From the human T2T-CHM13v2.0 reference genome, Homo sapiens, in NCBI RefSeq assembly GCF_009914755.1, contig NC_060946.1: 64,000 nucleotides of DNA; one strand, written 5' to 3'. Under the pieces are notes generated by a model that saw nothing but the letters and a program-made list of their open reading frames with translations, was not told the DNA's origin and ran no database searches. Made by a program: the position numbers and the translations under genes. This document shows positions 28,901 to 42,260 of the stretch, piece after piece; positions within the stretch are counted from its first letter, which is position 1; every line of letters begins with the position of its first letter.

Positions 28901-31900
28901 ACTTTATTCTGTTCCATTCCATTCGGGTTGATTCCAATCCATTCCATTCCATTCCATTCCATTCCATTCCATTCCATTCCACCCAGATTGATTCCATTCC
29001 ATTCCATTACATTACATTACATTCCAGTTGATTCCATTAGATTCGATTCTGTTCCATTCCATTCCATTCCTTTCCATTCCTCTCGGGTTGTTTCCATTCC
29101 ATTCCTTTCAATTTCATTCTATTCCATTCCATTCCATTCTACTCCATTCCATTCCACTCCGTTTCATTCCATTCCTCTCCGGTTATCCCATTCCATTCCA
29201 CTCGGGTTGTTTCCATTCCATTCCATTCCATTACATTACATTCTATACAATTCCACTCGGGTTGATCCCATGCCATTCTATTCCATTCCATTCCATTAAC
29301 TTCCATACCATTCCATTCCACTCGGGTAGATTCCATTGCATTCCATTCCATTCCATTCCATTCCTTTCTATTCCATTCCATTCCATTCCATTCCATTCCA
29401 TTCCATTCCATTCCATTCCCTTCCATTCCATTCTATTCCATTCCAATCCACTCCATTCCATTCCATTCCTCTCCGGTTATTCCATTCCATTCCATTCCGT
29501 TCCATTCCATTCCATTGCATTCAATTCAACTCGGGTTGTTTCCATTACGTTCCATTAGTTTCCATTCCATTCTATTCCTTTCCATTCCATTCCATTCCAT
29601 TACTTTCCTCTCACGGTGATTCCATTCCATTTCTTTCCAATGCATTCCATTCCCGTTGATACCATTGCATTGCATTGCTTCCATTCCATTCCATTGCATT
29701 ACATTACGTTCCATTCTACCTGGTTTGATTGATTTCCATTCCATTCCATTCCGTTCCATTCCATTCCATTCCATTCCATTCCATTGCATTCCATTCCTCT
29801 CGGGTTGATTCCATTCCATTTCATGCCCTTTTATTCCATTACATTCCATTCCATTCCATGCCCTTTTATTCCTTTCCATTCCATTCCATTCCTTTCCATT
29901 CCATACCATTCCCTCAAAGTTCATTGCATGCTATTCCATTCCATTCCATTCCCATTCCATTCCATTCCATTCCATTCCATACCATTCCACCAAAGTTGAT
30001 TGCATGCTATTCCATTCCATTCCATTCCATTCCACTCCATTCCATTCCATTCCTTTCCACTTGGGTTGATTCCATTCCATTGAATTCCATTCCGTTCTGC
30101 TCCGTTCCGTTCCATTCCATTCCATTCCATTCCATTCCATTCCATTCCATTGCATTCCACTCGGGTTTATTCCATTCCATTCCATTCAATTCCATTCCAT
30201 TCCATTCCATTCCATTCCCTTCCATTCCATTCTATTCCATTCCAATCCACTCCATTCCACTCCATTCCTCTCCGGTTATTCCATTCCATTCCATTCCATT
30301 CAACTCGGTTTGTTTCCATTCCATTCCATTCCATTTTGTTCCATTCCATTCCATTCCACTACATTCTATGGCATTCCACTCGGGTTGATTACATACCATT
30401 CTATTCCATTCCATTCCATTCCATTCTATTCCATTCCATTCCACTCCATTCCATTCCATTCCTCTCCGGTTATTGCATTCCATTCCATTACATTCCACTC
30501 GGGATGTTTCCATTCCATTCCATTCCATTTTATTCCATTCCATTCCGTTCCGTTACATTCCATTCTATACCATTCCACTCGGGATGTTTCCATTCCATTC
30601 CATTCCATTTTATTCCATTCCATTCCGTTCCATTACATTCCATTCTATACCATTCCACTCGGGTTAATTCCATACCATTGTATTCATTCCATTCCATTAA
30701 ATTCCATTCCATTCCATTCCACTCGGGTAGATTCCATTCCATTCCAAGCCATTCCATTCCATTCCATTCAATTCCATTCCATTTAATCCATTACATTCCA
30801 TTCCACTCCGGTAGATTCCATTCCATTCCATGCCATTCCATTCCATTCCATTCCATTCCATTCCATTCCATTCAATTCCATTCCTTTCCACTCGGATTGA
30901 TTGCATTCCATTCAATTCCGTTCCGTTCCGTTCCGTTCCATTCCATTCCATTTCATTCCGTTCCATTCCATTCGTGTTGATTCCATTCCATTCCACTCCA
31001 ATCCATTCCATTCCAAATCATTCCATTCCATTCAATTCCACTCGCATTCAATCTATTCCATTCCATTTCATTCCGTTCTGTTCCATTCCATTCTATTGCA
31101 TTCCTTACCATTCCATTCCACTCGTGATGATTCCATTCCATTCCATTATATTCCGTTCCATTCCATTCCATTCCATTCCACTCGGGATGATTCCATTCCA
31201 TTCCATTCCATTCCATTCCATTCCATTCCATTCCATTCCACTGTGGTTGTTTCCATTCCATTCCTTTCCATTTCATTCTATTCCATTCCATTCTATTCCA
31301 TTACACTCCATTCCATTCCATTCCTCTCCGGTTATTCCATTCCATTCCATTCCATTCCATTTAATCCATTACATTCCATTCCACTCGGGTAGATTCCATT
31401 CCATTCCATGCCATTCCATTCCATTCCATTCTATTAGTTTGTAATCGGGTTGATTCCAATCCATTCCATTATATTCAAGTCCTTTCCATTCCATGCCATT
31501 CCACTCGGGTTGTTTCCATTTTGTTGTATTCCATTCCATTCCATTCCATTCCATTCCATTCCATTCCGTTCCATTCCATTCCATTGCATTCAATTCAACT
31601 CGGGTTGTTTCCATTACTTTCCATTAGTTTCCATTCCATTCCATTCCTTTCCATTCCATTCCATTCCATTACTTTCCACTCACGGTGATTCCATTCCATT
31701 TCATTCCAATGCATTCCATTCCGTTTGATACCATTGCATTGCATTGCTTCCATTCCATTCCATTCCATTACATTACTTTCCATTCTACCTGGTTTGATTG
31801 ATTTCCATTTCTTTCCAGTGCATTCCATTCCCGTTGATACCATTGCATTCCATTGCTTCCATTCCAATCCATTCCGTTACATTACGTTCCATTCTACCTG

Positions 31901-32391
31901 GTTTGATTGATTTCCATTCCATTCCATTCCGTTCCATTCCATTCCATTCCATTCCATTCCATTCCATTCCTTTCCATTCCATTGCATTCCATTCCTCTCG
32001 GGTTGATTCCATTCCATTTCATGCCCTTTTATTCCATTCCATTCCATTCCATTCCATTCCTTTCCATTCCATACCATTCCCTCAAAGTTCATTGCATGCT
32101 ATTCCATTCCATTCCATTCTCATTCCATTCCATTCCATTCCATTCCATACCATTCCACCAAAGTTGTTTGCATGCTATTCCATTCCATTCCATTCCACTC
32201 CATTCCATTCCATTCCTTTCCACTTGGGTTGATTCCATTCCATTGAATTCCATTCCGTTCCGCTCTGTTCCGTTCCATTCCATTCCATTCCATTCCATTC
32301 CATTTCATTCCATTGCATTCCACTCGGGTTTATTCCATTGCATTCCATTCCATTGCATTGCATTCCATTCCATTCCATTCGGGATGATTCC
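25905..32391 (+). repeat. HOR-like unit 9 (6487 bp composite: insertion plus partial duplications)
   Basis: Landmark 25905 to 32392. Contains a diverged block at ~27.8-29.4 kb and two copies of the unit tail (~29.5-30.2 kb and ~31.55-32.35 kb). Confidence 0.8.
27810..29410 (+). repeat. Diverged HSat3 block of right-domain type embedded in the left domain
   Basis: ATTCCTGTCGGGTTG, TTTACATTACACTC, GATTCCATAGC, ACCCAGATTG and CAGTTGATTCCATTAGATTCGATTC match 38290-38790 and 54090-54570. I did not see them in the other left units. Confidence 0.75.
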
Positions 32392-35300
32392 TTTAAATTC
32401 CATTCCATTCCATATCATTCCACTCCATTCCATTCCATTCCATTCGCGTTGATCCTGTTCCATTCCATATACTCATATTCCATTCCATTCCTTTCCATTC
32501 TGTTCCATTCTATACCATTCCACAAAGTTGTTTGTATCTTATTCCATTCCATTCCATTCCATTGCATTCCATTCCATTCCATTCTATTCCACTCTGGTTG
32601 ATTCCATTCCATTCAATTCCGTTACGTTCCGTTCTGTTCCATTCCATTCCATTTCATTCCATTGTATTCCACTCGGATTGATTCCATTCCATTCCATTCC
32701 ATTCCATTCCATTCCATTCCATGCCCTTCGTGTTGATTCCTTTCGAATCCATTCCACTCCATACCATTCCACTCCATTCTGATCCATTCCATTCCATTCC
32801 ATTCCATTTAATTCCATACCATTCCACCAAAGTTGATTACATGTTATTCCATTCCATTCCATTCCATTCCATTCCATTCCATTCCATTCCATTCCTTTCC
32901 ACTCGTTTTGATTCCATTCCATTCAATTCCGTTCCGTTCCGTTCCGTTCCATTGTATTCCGTTTCATTCCATTGCATTCCACTCCGGTTGATTCCATTTC
33001 ATTCCATTCCATTCCATTCCATTCCATTCCATTCCATTCCATGCAGTTCGGGTTGATTCCTTTCCATTCCATTCCATGCCATTCCACTCCATTCCGTTCC
33101 ATTCCATTCGGGTTGATTCCGTTTTTTCAATGCCCTTTTATTCCATTCCATTCCATTCTTTTCCATTCCATTCCATACCATTCCACCAAAGTTGAGTGCA
33201 TGTTATTACATTCCATACCATTCCACCAAAGTTGAGTGCATGTTATTCCATTCCATTGCAATCCACTCCATTCCATTCCATTCCATTCCATTCCATTCCA
33301 TTCCATTCCATTCCTTTCCATTCCATTCCATTCCTTTCAACTTGGGTTGATTCCATTCCTTTCAATTCCGTTCCGTTCCGTTCCATTCCATTCCATTTTA
33401 TTCCATTGTATTCCACTCGGGTTCATTCCATTCCATTCCATTCCATTCCATTCCATTCCATTCCATACCCTTCAGGTTGATTCCTTTGCATTCCGTTCCA
33501 TTCCGTACCATTCCACTCCATTCCGTTCCATTCCATTCGGGTTGATTCCATTCCATTCCGTTCCGTTCCATTCCTTTCCATACCATTCCACTAGGGTTGA
33601 TTCCATACCAATCCATTCCATTGCATTCCATTCCATTCCATTCCACTCTGGTTGATTCCATTCCTTTCCGTTCCGTTCCATTCCACTGCATACCATTCCA
33701 CTAGGGTTGATTCCATACCAATCCATTCCATTGCATTCCATTCCATTCCATTCCACTCGGGTTGATTCCATTCCATTCCATTCCATTCCATTCAATTCCA
33801 CTCCATTCCATTACATTCCATTCCACTCGGGTTAATTCCGTTCCATTCCATTCCAATCCATTCCATTCCATTCCATTGGGGTCCATTCCATTCCATTCCA
33901 TTCCATGCCCTTCGTGTTGATTCCTTTCCAATCCATTCCATTCCATACCATTCCACTCCATTCTGTTCCATTCCATTCCATTCCATTCCATTCCATTCCA
34001 TTCCATACCATTCCACCAAAGTTGATTGCATGTTATTCCATTCCATTCCATTCCATTCCATTCCATTCCATTCCTTTCCACTCGGGTTGATTCCATTCCA
34101 TTCAATTCCGTTCCGTTCCGTTCCTTTCCATTCCATTCCATTTCATTCCGTTTGCATTCAATCTATTCCATTGCATTTCATTCCGTTCTGTTCCATTCCA
34201 TTCCATTGTATTCCTTACCATTCCATTCCACTCAGGATGATTCCATTCCATTCCATTATATTCTGTTCCGTTCCATTCCATTCCATTCCACTCGGGATGA
34301 TTCCATTCCATTCCATTCGATTCTATTCCATTCCATTTCATTCCATTCCACTCTGGTTGTTTCCATTCCATTCCTTTCCATTTCATTCTATTCCATTACA
34401 TTCCATTCCATTCCATTCCTCTCCGGTTATTCCATTCCATTCCATTCCACTCGGGATGTTTCCATTCCATTCCGTTCCATTTTATTCCATTCCATTCCGT
34501 TCCATTACATTCCATTCTATACCATTCCAGTCGGGATGTTTCCATTCCATTCCATTCCATTTTATTCCATTCCATTACGTTCCATTACATTCCATTCTAT
34601 ACCATTCCACTCGGGTTAATTCCATACCATTGTATTCCATTCCATTCCTTTAAATTCCATTCCATTCCATTGCACTCGGGTAGATTCCATTCCATTCCAT
34701 GCCATTCCATTCCATTCCATTCCATTTAATCCATTACATTCCATTCCACTCGGGTAGATTCCATTCCATTCCATGCCATTCCATTCCATTCCATTACATT
34801 CCATTCTATTAGTTTGTAATCGGGTTGATTCCAATCCATTCCATTATATTCAAGTCCTTTCCATTCCATGCCATTCCACTCAGGTTGTTTCCATTTTGTT
34901 GTATTCCATTCCATTCCATTCCATTCCATTCCATTCCATTCCATTCCGTTCCATTCCATTCCATTGCATTCAATTCAACTCGGGTTGTTTCCATTACGTT
35001 CCATTAGTTTCCATTCCATTCCATTCTTTTCCATTCCATTCCATTCCATTACTTTACACTCACGGTGATTCCATTCCATTTCATTCCAATGCATTCCATT
35101 CCCGTTGATACCATTGCATTGCATTGTTTCCATTCCATTCCTTTCCATTACATTACGTTCCATTCTACCTGGTTTGATTGATTTCCATTCCATTCCATTC
35201 CATTCCATTGCATTCAATTCCTCTCGGGTTGATTCCATTCCATTCCATGCCCTTTTATTCCATTCCATTCCATTCCATTCCATTCCATACCATTCCCAAA

Positions 35301-35652
35301 AAGTTGATTGCATGCTATTACATTCCATTCCATTCCCGTTCCATTCCATTCCATTCCATACCATTCCACCAAAGTAGATTGCATACTATTCCATTCCATT
35401 CCATTCCATTCCACTCCATTCCATTCCATTCCTTTCCACTTGGGTTGATTCCATTCCATTGAATTCCATTCAGTTCCGCTCCGTTCCATTCCATTCCATT
35501 CCATTCCATTACATTCCATTCCATTACATTCCATTCCATTTCATTCCATTGCATTCCACTCGGGTTTATTCAATTCCATTCCATTCCTTTCCATTCCATT
35601 CCATTCCATTCCATTCCATTCCATTCCATTCCATTCCATTCGGGTTGATTCT
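32392..35652 (+). repeat. HOR-like unit 10 (3261 bp)
   Basis: Landmark 32392 to 35653, followed by a truncated unit start that ends at ~35800. Confidence 0.85.
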
Positions 35653-38219
35653 TTTAAATTCCATTCCATTCCATATCATTCCACTCCATTCCATTCCATT
35701 CCATTCGCGTTGATCCTGTTCCATTCCACGCACTGATATTCCATTCCATTCCTTTCCATTCCATTCCATTCTATACCATTCCACCAAAGTTGATTGCATA
35801 TTAATGCATTCCATTCAATTCCGTTCCATTCCTTTCCATTCCATTCCATTACATTTCATTCCATTGCAATCCAATCGGGTTGATTCCATTCCTTTCAATT
35901 CCATTCAATTCCCTTCCATTCCATTCCATTCCATACCCTTCGGGTTCATTCCTTTCCATTCCATTCCATTCGATACCATTCCACTCCAATCCGCTCCATT
36001 CCATTTGGGGTGATTCCGTTGCATTCCATGCCCTTTTATTCCATTCCTTTCCATTCCATTCCATTCCATTTCATTCCATTCCATTCCATTCCATTCCATT
36101 CCATTCCATACCATTCCACCAAAGTTGATTGCATGTTATTCCATTGCATTCCATTCCATTCCATTCCATTCCATTCCATTCCATTCCATTCAATTCTATT
36201 CCATTCCATTCCATAACATTCCTTTCCACTCGGGTTGATTCCATTCCATTCAATTCCGTTCTGTTCCATTCCGTTCCGTTCCTTTCCATTCCATTTCATT
36301 CCATTGTATTCCACTCGGGTGGATTCCATTCCATTCCATTCCATTCCATTCCATTCCATTCCATTCCATTCCATTCCATTCCATTCCCTTCGGGTTGATT
36401 CCTTTCCATTCCATTTCATTGCATACGATTCCACTCCATTCCGTTGCATTCCATTCGGGTTGATTCCGTTCCATTCAATGCCCTTTTATTCCATTCCATT
36501 CCATTCTTTTCCATTCCATTCCATACCATTCCCCCAAATTTGATTGCATGTTATTCCATTCCATTCCATTCCACTCCTTTCCATTCCATTCCATTCGGGT
36601 TGATTCCGTTCCTTTCAATGCCCTTTTATTCCATTCCATTCCATCCCATTCCATTCCATTCCATTCCATTCCACTCCGGTTATTCCATTCCATTCCATTC
36701 CATTCTACTCGGGATGTTTCCATTCCATTCCATTCCATTTTATTCCATTCCATTCCATTCCGTTCCATTACATTTAATTCTATACCATTCCACTCGGTGT
36801 AATTCTATACCATTCTATTCCATTCCATTCCATTAAATTCCATTCCATTCTATTCCACTCGGGTAGATTCCATTCCATTCCATTCCATTCCATTCCATTC
36901 CATTCCATTCCATTCCATTCCATTTAATTCCATTACATTCCAATCCACTCGGGTAGATTCCATTCCATTCCATTCCGTTCCATTCCATTCCATTCCATTC
37001 CATTCCATTAGTTTCTAATCGGGTTGATTCCAATCAATTCCATTATATTAAACTCCTTTCCATTCCATGCCATTCCACTCGGTTTGTTTCCATTTTGTTG
37101 TATTCCGTTCCATTCCATTCCATTCCATTCCATTCCATTCCATTCCGTTCCATTCCATTGCATTCCATTCAACTCAGGTTGTTTCCATTCCGTTCCATTA
37201 GTTTAGATTCCATTCCATTCCTTTCCATTTCATTCCAATCCATTACTTTCCACTCACGGTGATTCCATTCCATTCCATTCCAATGCATTCCATTCCCGAT
37301 GAAACCATTGCATTGCATTGTTTCCATTCCATTCCATTCCATTCCATTCCATTCCATTCCATTCCATTCCATTCCATGCACTTCGGGTTGATTCCTTTCC
37401 ATTCCATTCCATTCCATGCCATTCCACTCCATTCTGTTCCATTCCATTCGAGTTGATTCCGTTCCTTTCAATGCCCTTTTATTCCATTCCATTCTTTTCC
37501 ATTCCATTCCATACCATTCCACCAAAGTTGATTGCAAGTTATTCCATTCCATTCCATTCCATTCCATTCCATTCCATTCCATACCATTCCACCAAAGTTG
37601 ATTGCAAGTTATTCCATTCCATTCCATTCCATTCCATTCCATTCCATTCCATTCCATTTCTTTCAACTCGGGTTGAGTACATTCCTTTCAATTCCGTTCC
37701 GTTCCGTTCTGCTCCGTTCCATTCCATTTTATTCCATTGCATTCCACTCGGGTTGATTCCATTCCATTCCATTCCATTCCATTCCATTGAATTCCATTCC
37801 ATACCCTTCGGGTTGATTCCTTTCCATTCCATTCCATTCCGTGCCATTCCACTCCATTCCGTTCCATTCCATTCGAGTTGATTCCATTCCATTCAGTTCC
37901 GTTCCATTCCATTCCATACCATTCCACTAGGGTTGATTCCATACCAATCCATTCCATTGCATTCCATTCCATTCCATTCCATTCCACTCGGGTTGATTCC
38001 ATTCCATTCCATTCCATTCCATTCCATTCCATTCCATTCCATTCGATTCCATTCCATTCCATTCCATTCCATTCACTTCGGGTTGATTCCTTTCCATTCG
38101 ATTCCATTCCAAACCATTCCAATCCATTCCGTTCCATTCCATTCGGGTTGATTCCGTTCCATTCCATGCCCTTGTATTCCATTCCATTCCATTCCATTCC
38201 ATTCCATTCCATTCCATTC

Positions 38220-41200
38220 CATTCCATTCCATTCCACCAAAGTTGATTGCATGTTATTCCATTCCATTCAATTCCATTCCATTCCATTCCTTTCCTGTTG
38301 GGTTGGTTCCATTCCATTCCTTTCCATTCCATTCCATTCGTTTCCATTCCATTCCTCTCGGGTTGATTCCGTTGCATTCCATTCTATTCCAATGCACTTG
38401 TGTTGATTCCATTCCCTTCCATTCCGTTCCATTCCATTCCATTAATTTACATTACACTCCAGTTGATTCCATAGCATTCCGTTCCATTCTATTCCATCCC
38501 ATTCGTGTTGACTCCATTCTAATCTGTTCCATTCCATTGCATTCCATTCCATTCCTTTCCATTCCATTTTGTTCCAGTCCATTCTGGTTGATCCCATTGC
38601 ATTCCATTCCATTCCATTCTATTCCATTCCATTCCATTCCATTCCATTCGACTCCATTCCATTCCATTCCACTGCATTACATTCCATTCCATTCCACCCG
38701 GATTGATTCCATTCCTTTCCATTCCATTCCATTCCATTCCATTCCATTCCATTCCATTCCATTCCAGTTGATTCCATTGGATTCGATTCTCTTCCATTCC
38801 ATTCCATTCCATTCCATCCCATTCCATTCCGTTCCACTCGAGTTGATTCCAATCCATTCCATTCCATTACATTACATTTCATTCCAATCTCGTGGATTCC
38901 ATTCCATTCCATTCCATTCCACTCAGGTTGATTCCATTCCATTCCGTTCCATTTCATTCGTGTTGATTCCATTCCATTTCACTTCAATCCATTCCATTCC
39001 ATTCCAATCCATTCCATTCCATTCAATTCCACTTGCATTCAATCTATTCCATTCCAATTTATTCCGTTCTGTTCCATTCCATTCTATTGCATTCCATACC
39101 ACTCCATTCCACTCGGGCTGATTCCATTCAATTCCATCATATTCCCTTCCATTCCATTCCATCCCATTCCACTCGGGTGGCTTCCATTCCATTCCATTCC
39201 ATTCCATTCCATTCCATTCCACTCGGGTTGTTTCCATTCCATTCCTTTCAATTTCATTCTATTCCATTCCATTCCATTCCATTGCATTCCATTCCATTCC
39301 ATTCCATTCTATTCTATTCCATTCCATTCCACTCCTTTCCATTCCATTCCTCTCCGTTTATTCTATTCCATTCCCCTCGGGTTCTTTCCATTCCATTCCA
39401 TTCCATTTTATTCCATTCCATTCCATTACATTCCACTGGGGTAGATTCCATTCCATTCCATTCCATTCCATTAGTTTGTAATCGGGTTGATTCCAATCCA
39501 TTCCATTATATTGAAGTCCTTTCCATTCCATGCCATTCCACTCGGGTTGTTTCCATTTTGTTGTATTCCATTCCATTCCGTTCCATTCCATTCCATTCCA
39601 TTCCATTCCATTCCATTCCATTCCATTCCATTGCATTCCATTCCACTCAGGTTGTTTCCATTCCGTTCCATTAGTTTCCATTCCATTCCATTCCTTTCCA
39701 TTCCATTCCATTCCATTCCATTCCTTTCCACTCAGGGTGATTCCACTGCATTCCATTAAATGCATTCCATTCCAGTTGATACCGTTGCATTGCATTGTTT
39801 CCATTCCATTCCATTACATTCCATTACATTCCTTTCCACTCTGTTTGATTCATTTCCATTCCATTCCATACCATTCCACCAAAGTTAAGTGCATGCTATT
39901 CCAATCCATTCCATTCCTTTCCACTCCATTCAATTCCATTCCTTTCCAGTTCGGTTGATTCCGTTCCATTGAATTCCGCTCTGTTCCATCCCGTTCCATT
40001 CCATTCCTTTCCATTCCATTTCATTCCATTGCATTCCACTCGGATTGATACCATTCCATTCCATTGCATTCCATTGCATTCCATTCCATTCCACTCCATT
40101 CCTTTCGGGTTGATTCCTTTCCATTCGATTCGATTCCATACCATTCCACTCCATTCCGTTCCATTCCATTCGGGTTGATTCCGTTCCATTCCATGCCCTT
40201 TTATTCCATTCCATTCCATTCCATTCCATTCCATTCTATTCCATTCCATTCCATTCCATTCCATTCCATTCCATACAATTCCACCAAAGTTGATTGCAGG
40301 TAATTCCATTCCATTCCATTCCATTCCAATCCATTCCATTCCATTCGATACCATTCCACCAAAGTTGATTGTATGTAATTCCATTCCATTCAATTCCATT
40401 CCATTACAAGCCATTCCATTCCATTCCATTCCATTCCATTCCATTCCATTCCAATCCATTCCTTTCCACTTGGGTTGATTCCATTCCTCTCAATTCCGTT
40501 CTGTTCCGTTCCATTCCATTCCATTCCATTTCATTCCATTGCATTCCACCCGGGTTGATTGCATTCCATTCCATTCCATTCCATTCTATAGCCTTCGGGT
40601 TGATTCCTTTCTACTCATTTCTATTCCATACCATTCCACTCCCTTCCGTTCCATTCCATTCTTGTTGATTCCGTTCCATTCCATGCCCTTTTATTCCATT
40701 CCATTCCATTCCCTTCCATACCATTCCACCAAAGTTGATTGCATGTTATTCCATTCAATTCCATTCCATTCCATTCCATTCCATTCCTTTCCATTCCATT
40801 CCATTCCATTCCTTTCCACTCGGGTTGATTTCATTCCATTCAATTCCGTTCCGTGCCATTCCGTTCCATTCCATTCCATTTCATTCCATTGCATTCCACT
40901 CGGGTTAATTCCATTTCATTCCTTTCCATTCCATTCCATTCCATTCCATTCCATTGCATTCCATTCCATACCCTTCAGTTTGATTCCTTTCCCTTCCATT
41001 CCATTCCACACCATTCCACTCCATTCCGTTCCATTCCATTCTGGTTGATTCCATTCCATTCCATTCCGTTCTGTTCCATTCCATTCCATACAATTCCACT
41101 AGGGTTGATTCCATACCATTCCATTCCATTGCATTCCATTCCATTCCATTCCACTCGGGTTGATTCCATTCCATTCCATTCCATTCCATTCCATTCCATT

Positions 41201-41560
41201 CCACTCCATTCCATTACATTCCATTCCACTCCGTTTAATTCTGTTCCATTCCATTCCAATCCATTCCATTCCATTCCATTCCATTCCATTGGGGTCCATT
41301 CCATTCCATTCCATTCCGTTCCGTTCCGTTCCATTACATTCAATTCCATTCCATTCCGTTCCATTCCACTCCATTCCATTCCATTCCATTCCATTCCATT
41401 CCATTCCATTAAATTCCATTCCATTCCATTCCATTCCATTCCATTAAATTCCATTCCATTCCATTAGTTTCTAATCAGGTTGATTCCAATCCTTTCCATT
41501 ATATTCAATTCCTTTCCATTCCATGGTATTCCACTCGAGTTCTTTCCATTTTGTTGTATT
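38220..41560 (+). repeat. Dispersed duplication, copy A (partner ~54020-57200; offset ~15.6-15.8 kb)
   Basis: ACTTGCATTCAATCTATTCCATTCCAATTTATT at 39031/54831; TTGAAGTCCT at 39511/55251; GATACCGTTGC; TGGGGTCC at ~41290/56914. Confidence 0.8.
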
Positions 41561-41689
41561 CCATTCCATTCCTTTCCATTCCATTCCCTTCCATTCCATT
41601 CCATTGCATTCCATTGCATTCCATTCCACTCGGGTTGTTCCCATTCCATTCTATTACTTTCCATTCCATTCCATTCCGTTCCATTCCAT

Positions 41690-42260
41690 TCCTTTCCACT
41701 CAGGGTGATTCCATTCCTTTTAATAACAATGCATTCCATTCCATTTGATACCATTGCATTGCATTGTTTCCATTGCATTCCATTACATTCCATTACATTC
41801 CTTTCCACTCGGTTTGATTCATGTCCATTCCATTCCATTCCATTCCATTCCATTCCATACCATTCCACCAAAGTTGAGTGCATGCTATTCCATTCCATTC
41901 CATTACATTCCATTCAATTCCATTCCTTTCCAGTTGGGTTGATTCCATTCAATTCAATTCCCTTCTGATCCGTCCCGTTTCGCTCCATTTCATTCCATTC
42001 ATTTTCATTCCATTGCATTCCACTGGGGTTGATTCCATTCCATTCCATTCAATTCCATTCCATTCCATTCCATTACCTTCGGGTTCATTCCTTTCCATTC
42101 GATTCCATTCCATACCATTCCAATCCATTCTGTTCCATTCCATTAGGGTTGATTCCGTTCCATTGTATGCCCTTTTAGTCCATTCCATTCCATTCCATTC
42201 CATTCCATTCTATTCCATTCCATATCATTCCATCAAACTTGACTGCATGTTGTTCCATTC
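41690..42260 (+). repeat. Dispersed duplication (partner ~46330-46920; offset ~4650)
   Basis: GATCCGTCCCG at 41967/46619; TGTATGCCCTTTTAGTCC at 42164/46806. Confidence 0.8.

Larger units (their letters stand above)
1..35810 (+). repeat. Left domain: higher-order-like array with a ~3.1-3.4 kb core unit
   Basis: The landmark GGTTGATTCCTTTAAATTCC...CGCGTTGATCCTGTTCC recurs, with minor variants, with TTTAAA at 24, 3132, 6440, 11241, 14412, 17514, 20916, 23832, 25905, 32392 and 35653. Internal landmarks keep the same order in each unit. Confidence 0.9.

Noticed and set aside
41710-41735. AT-rich CCTTTTAATAACAATG as a foreign insert or promoter/polyA signal
   Set aside because: It stays in pentamer register and is a substituted version of the paralog at ~46350 (CCATTTAATTCCAATG).
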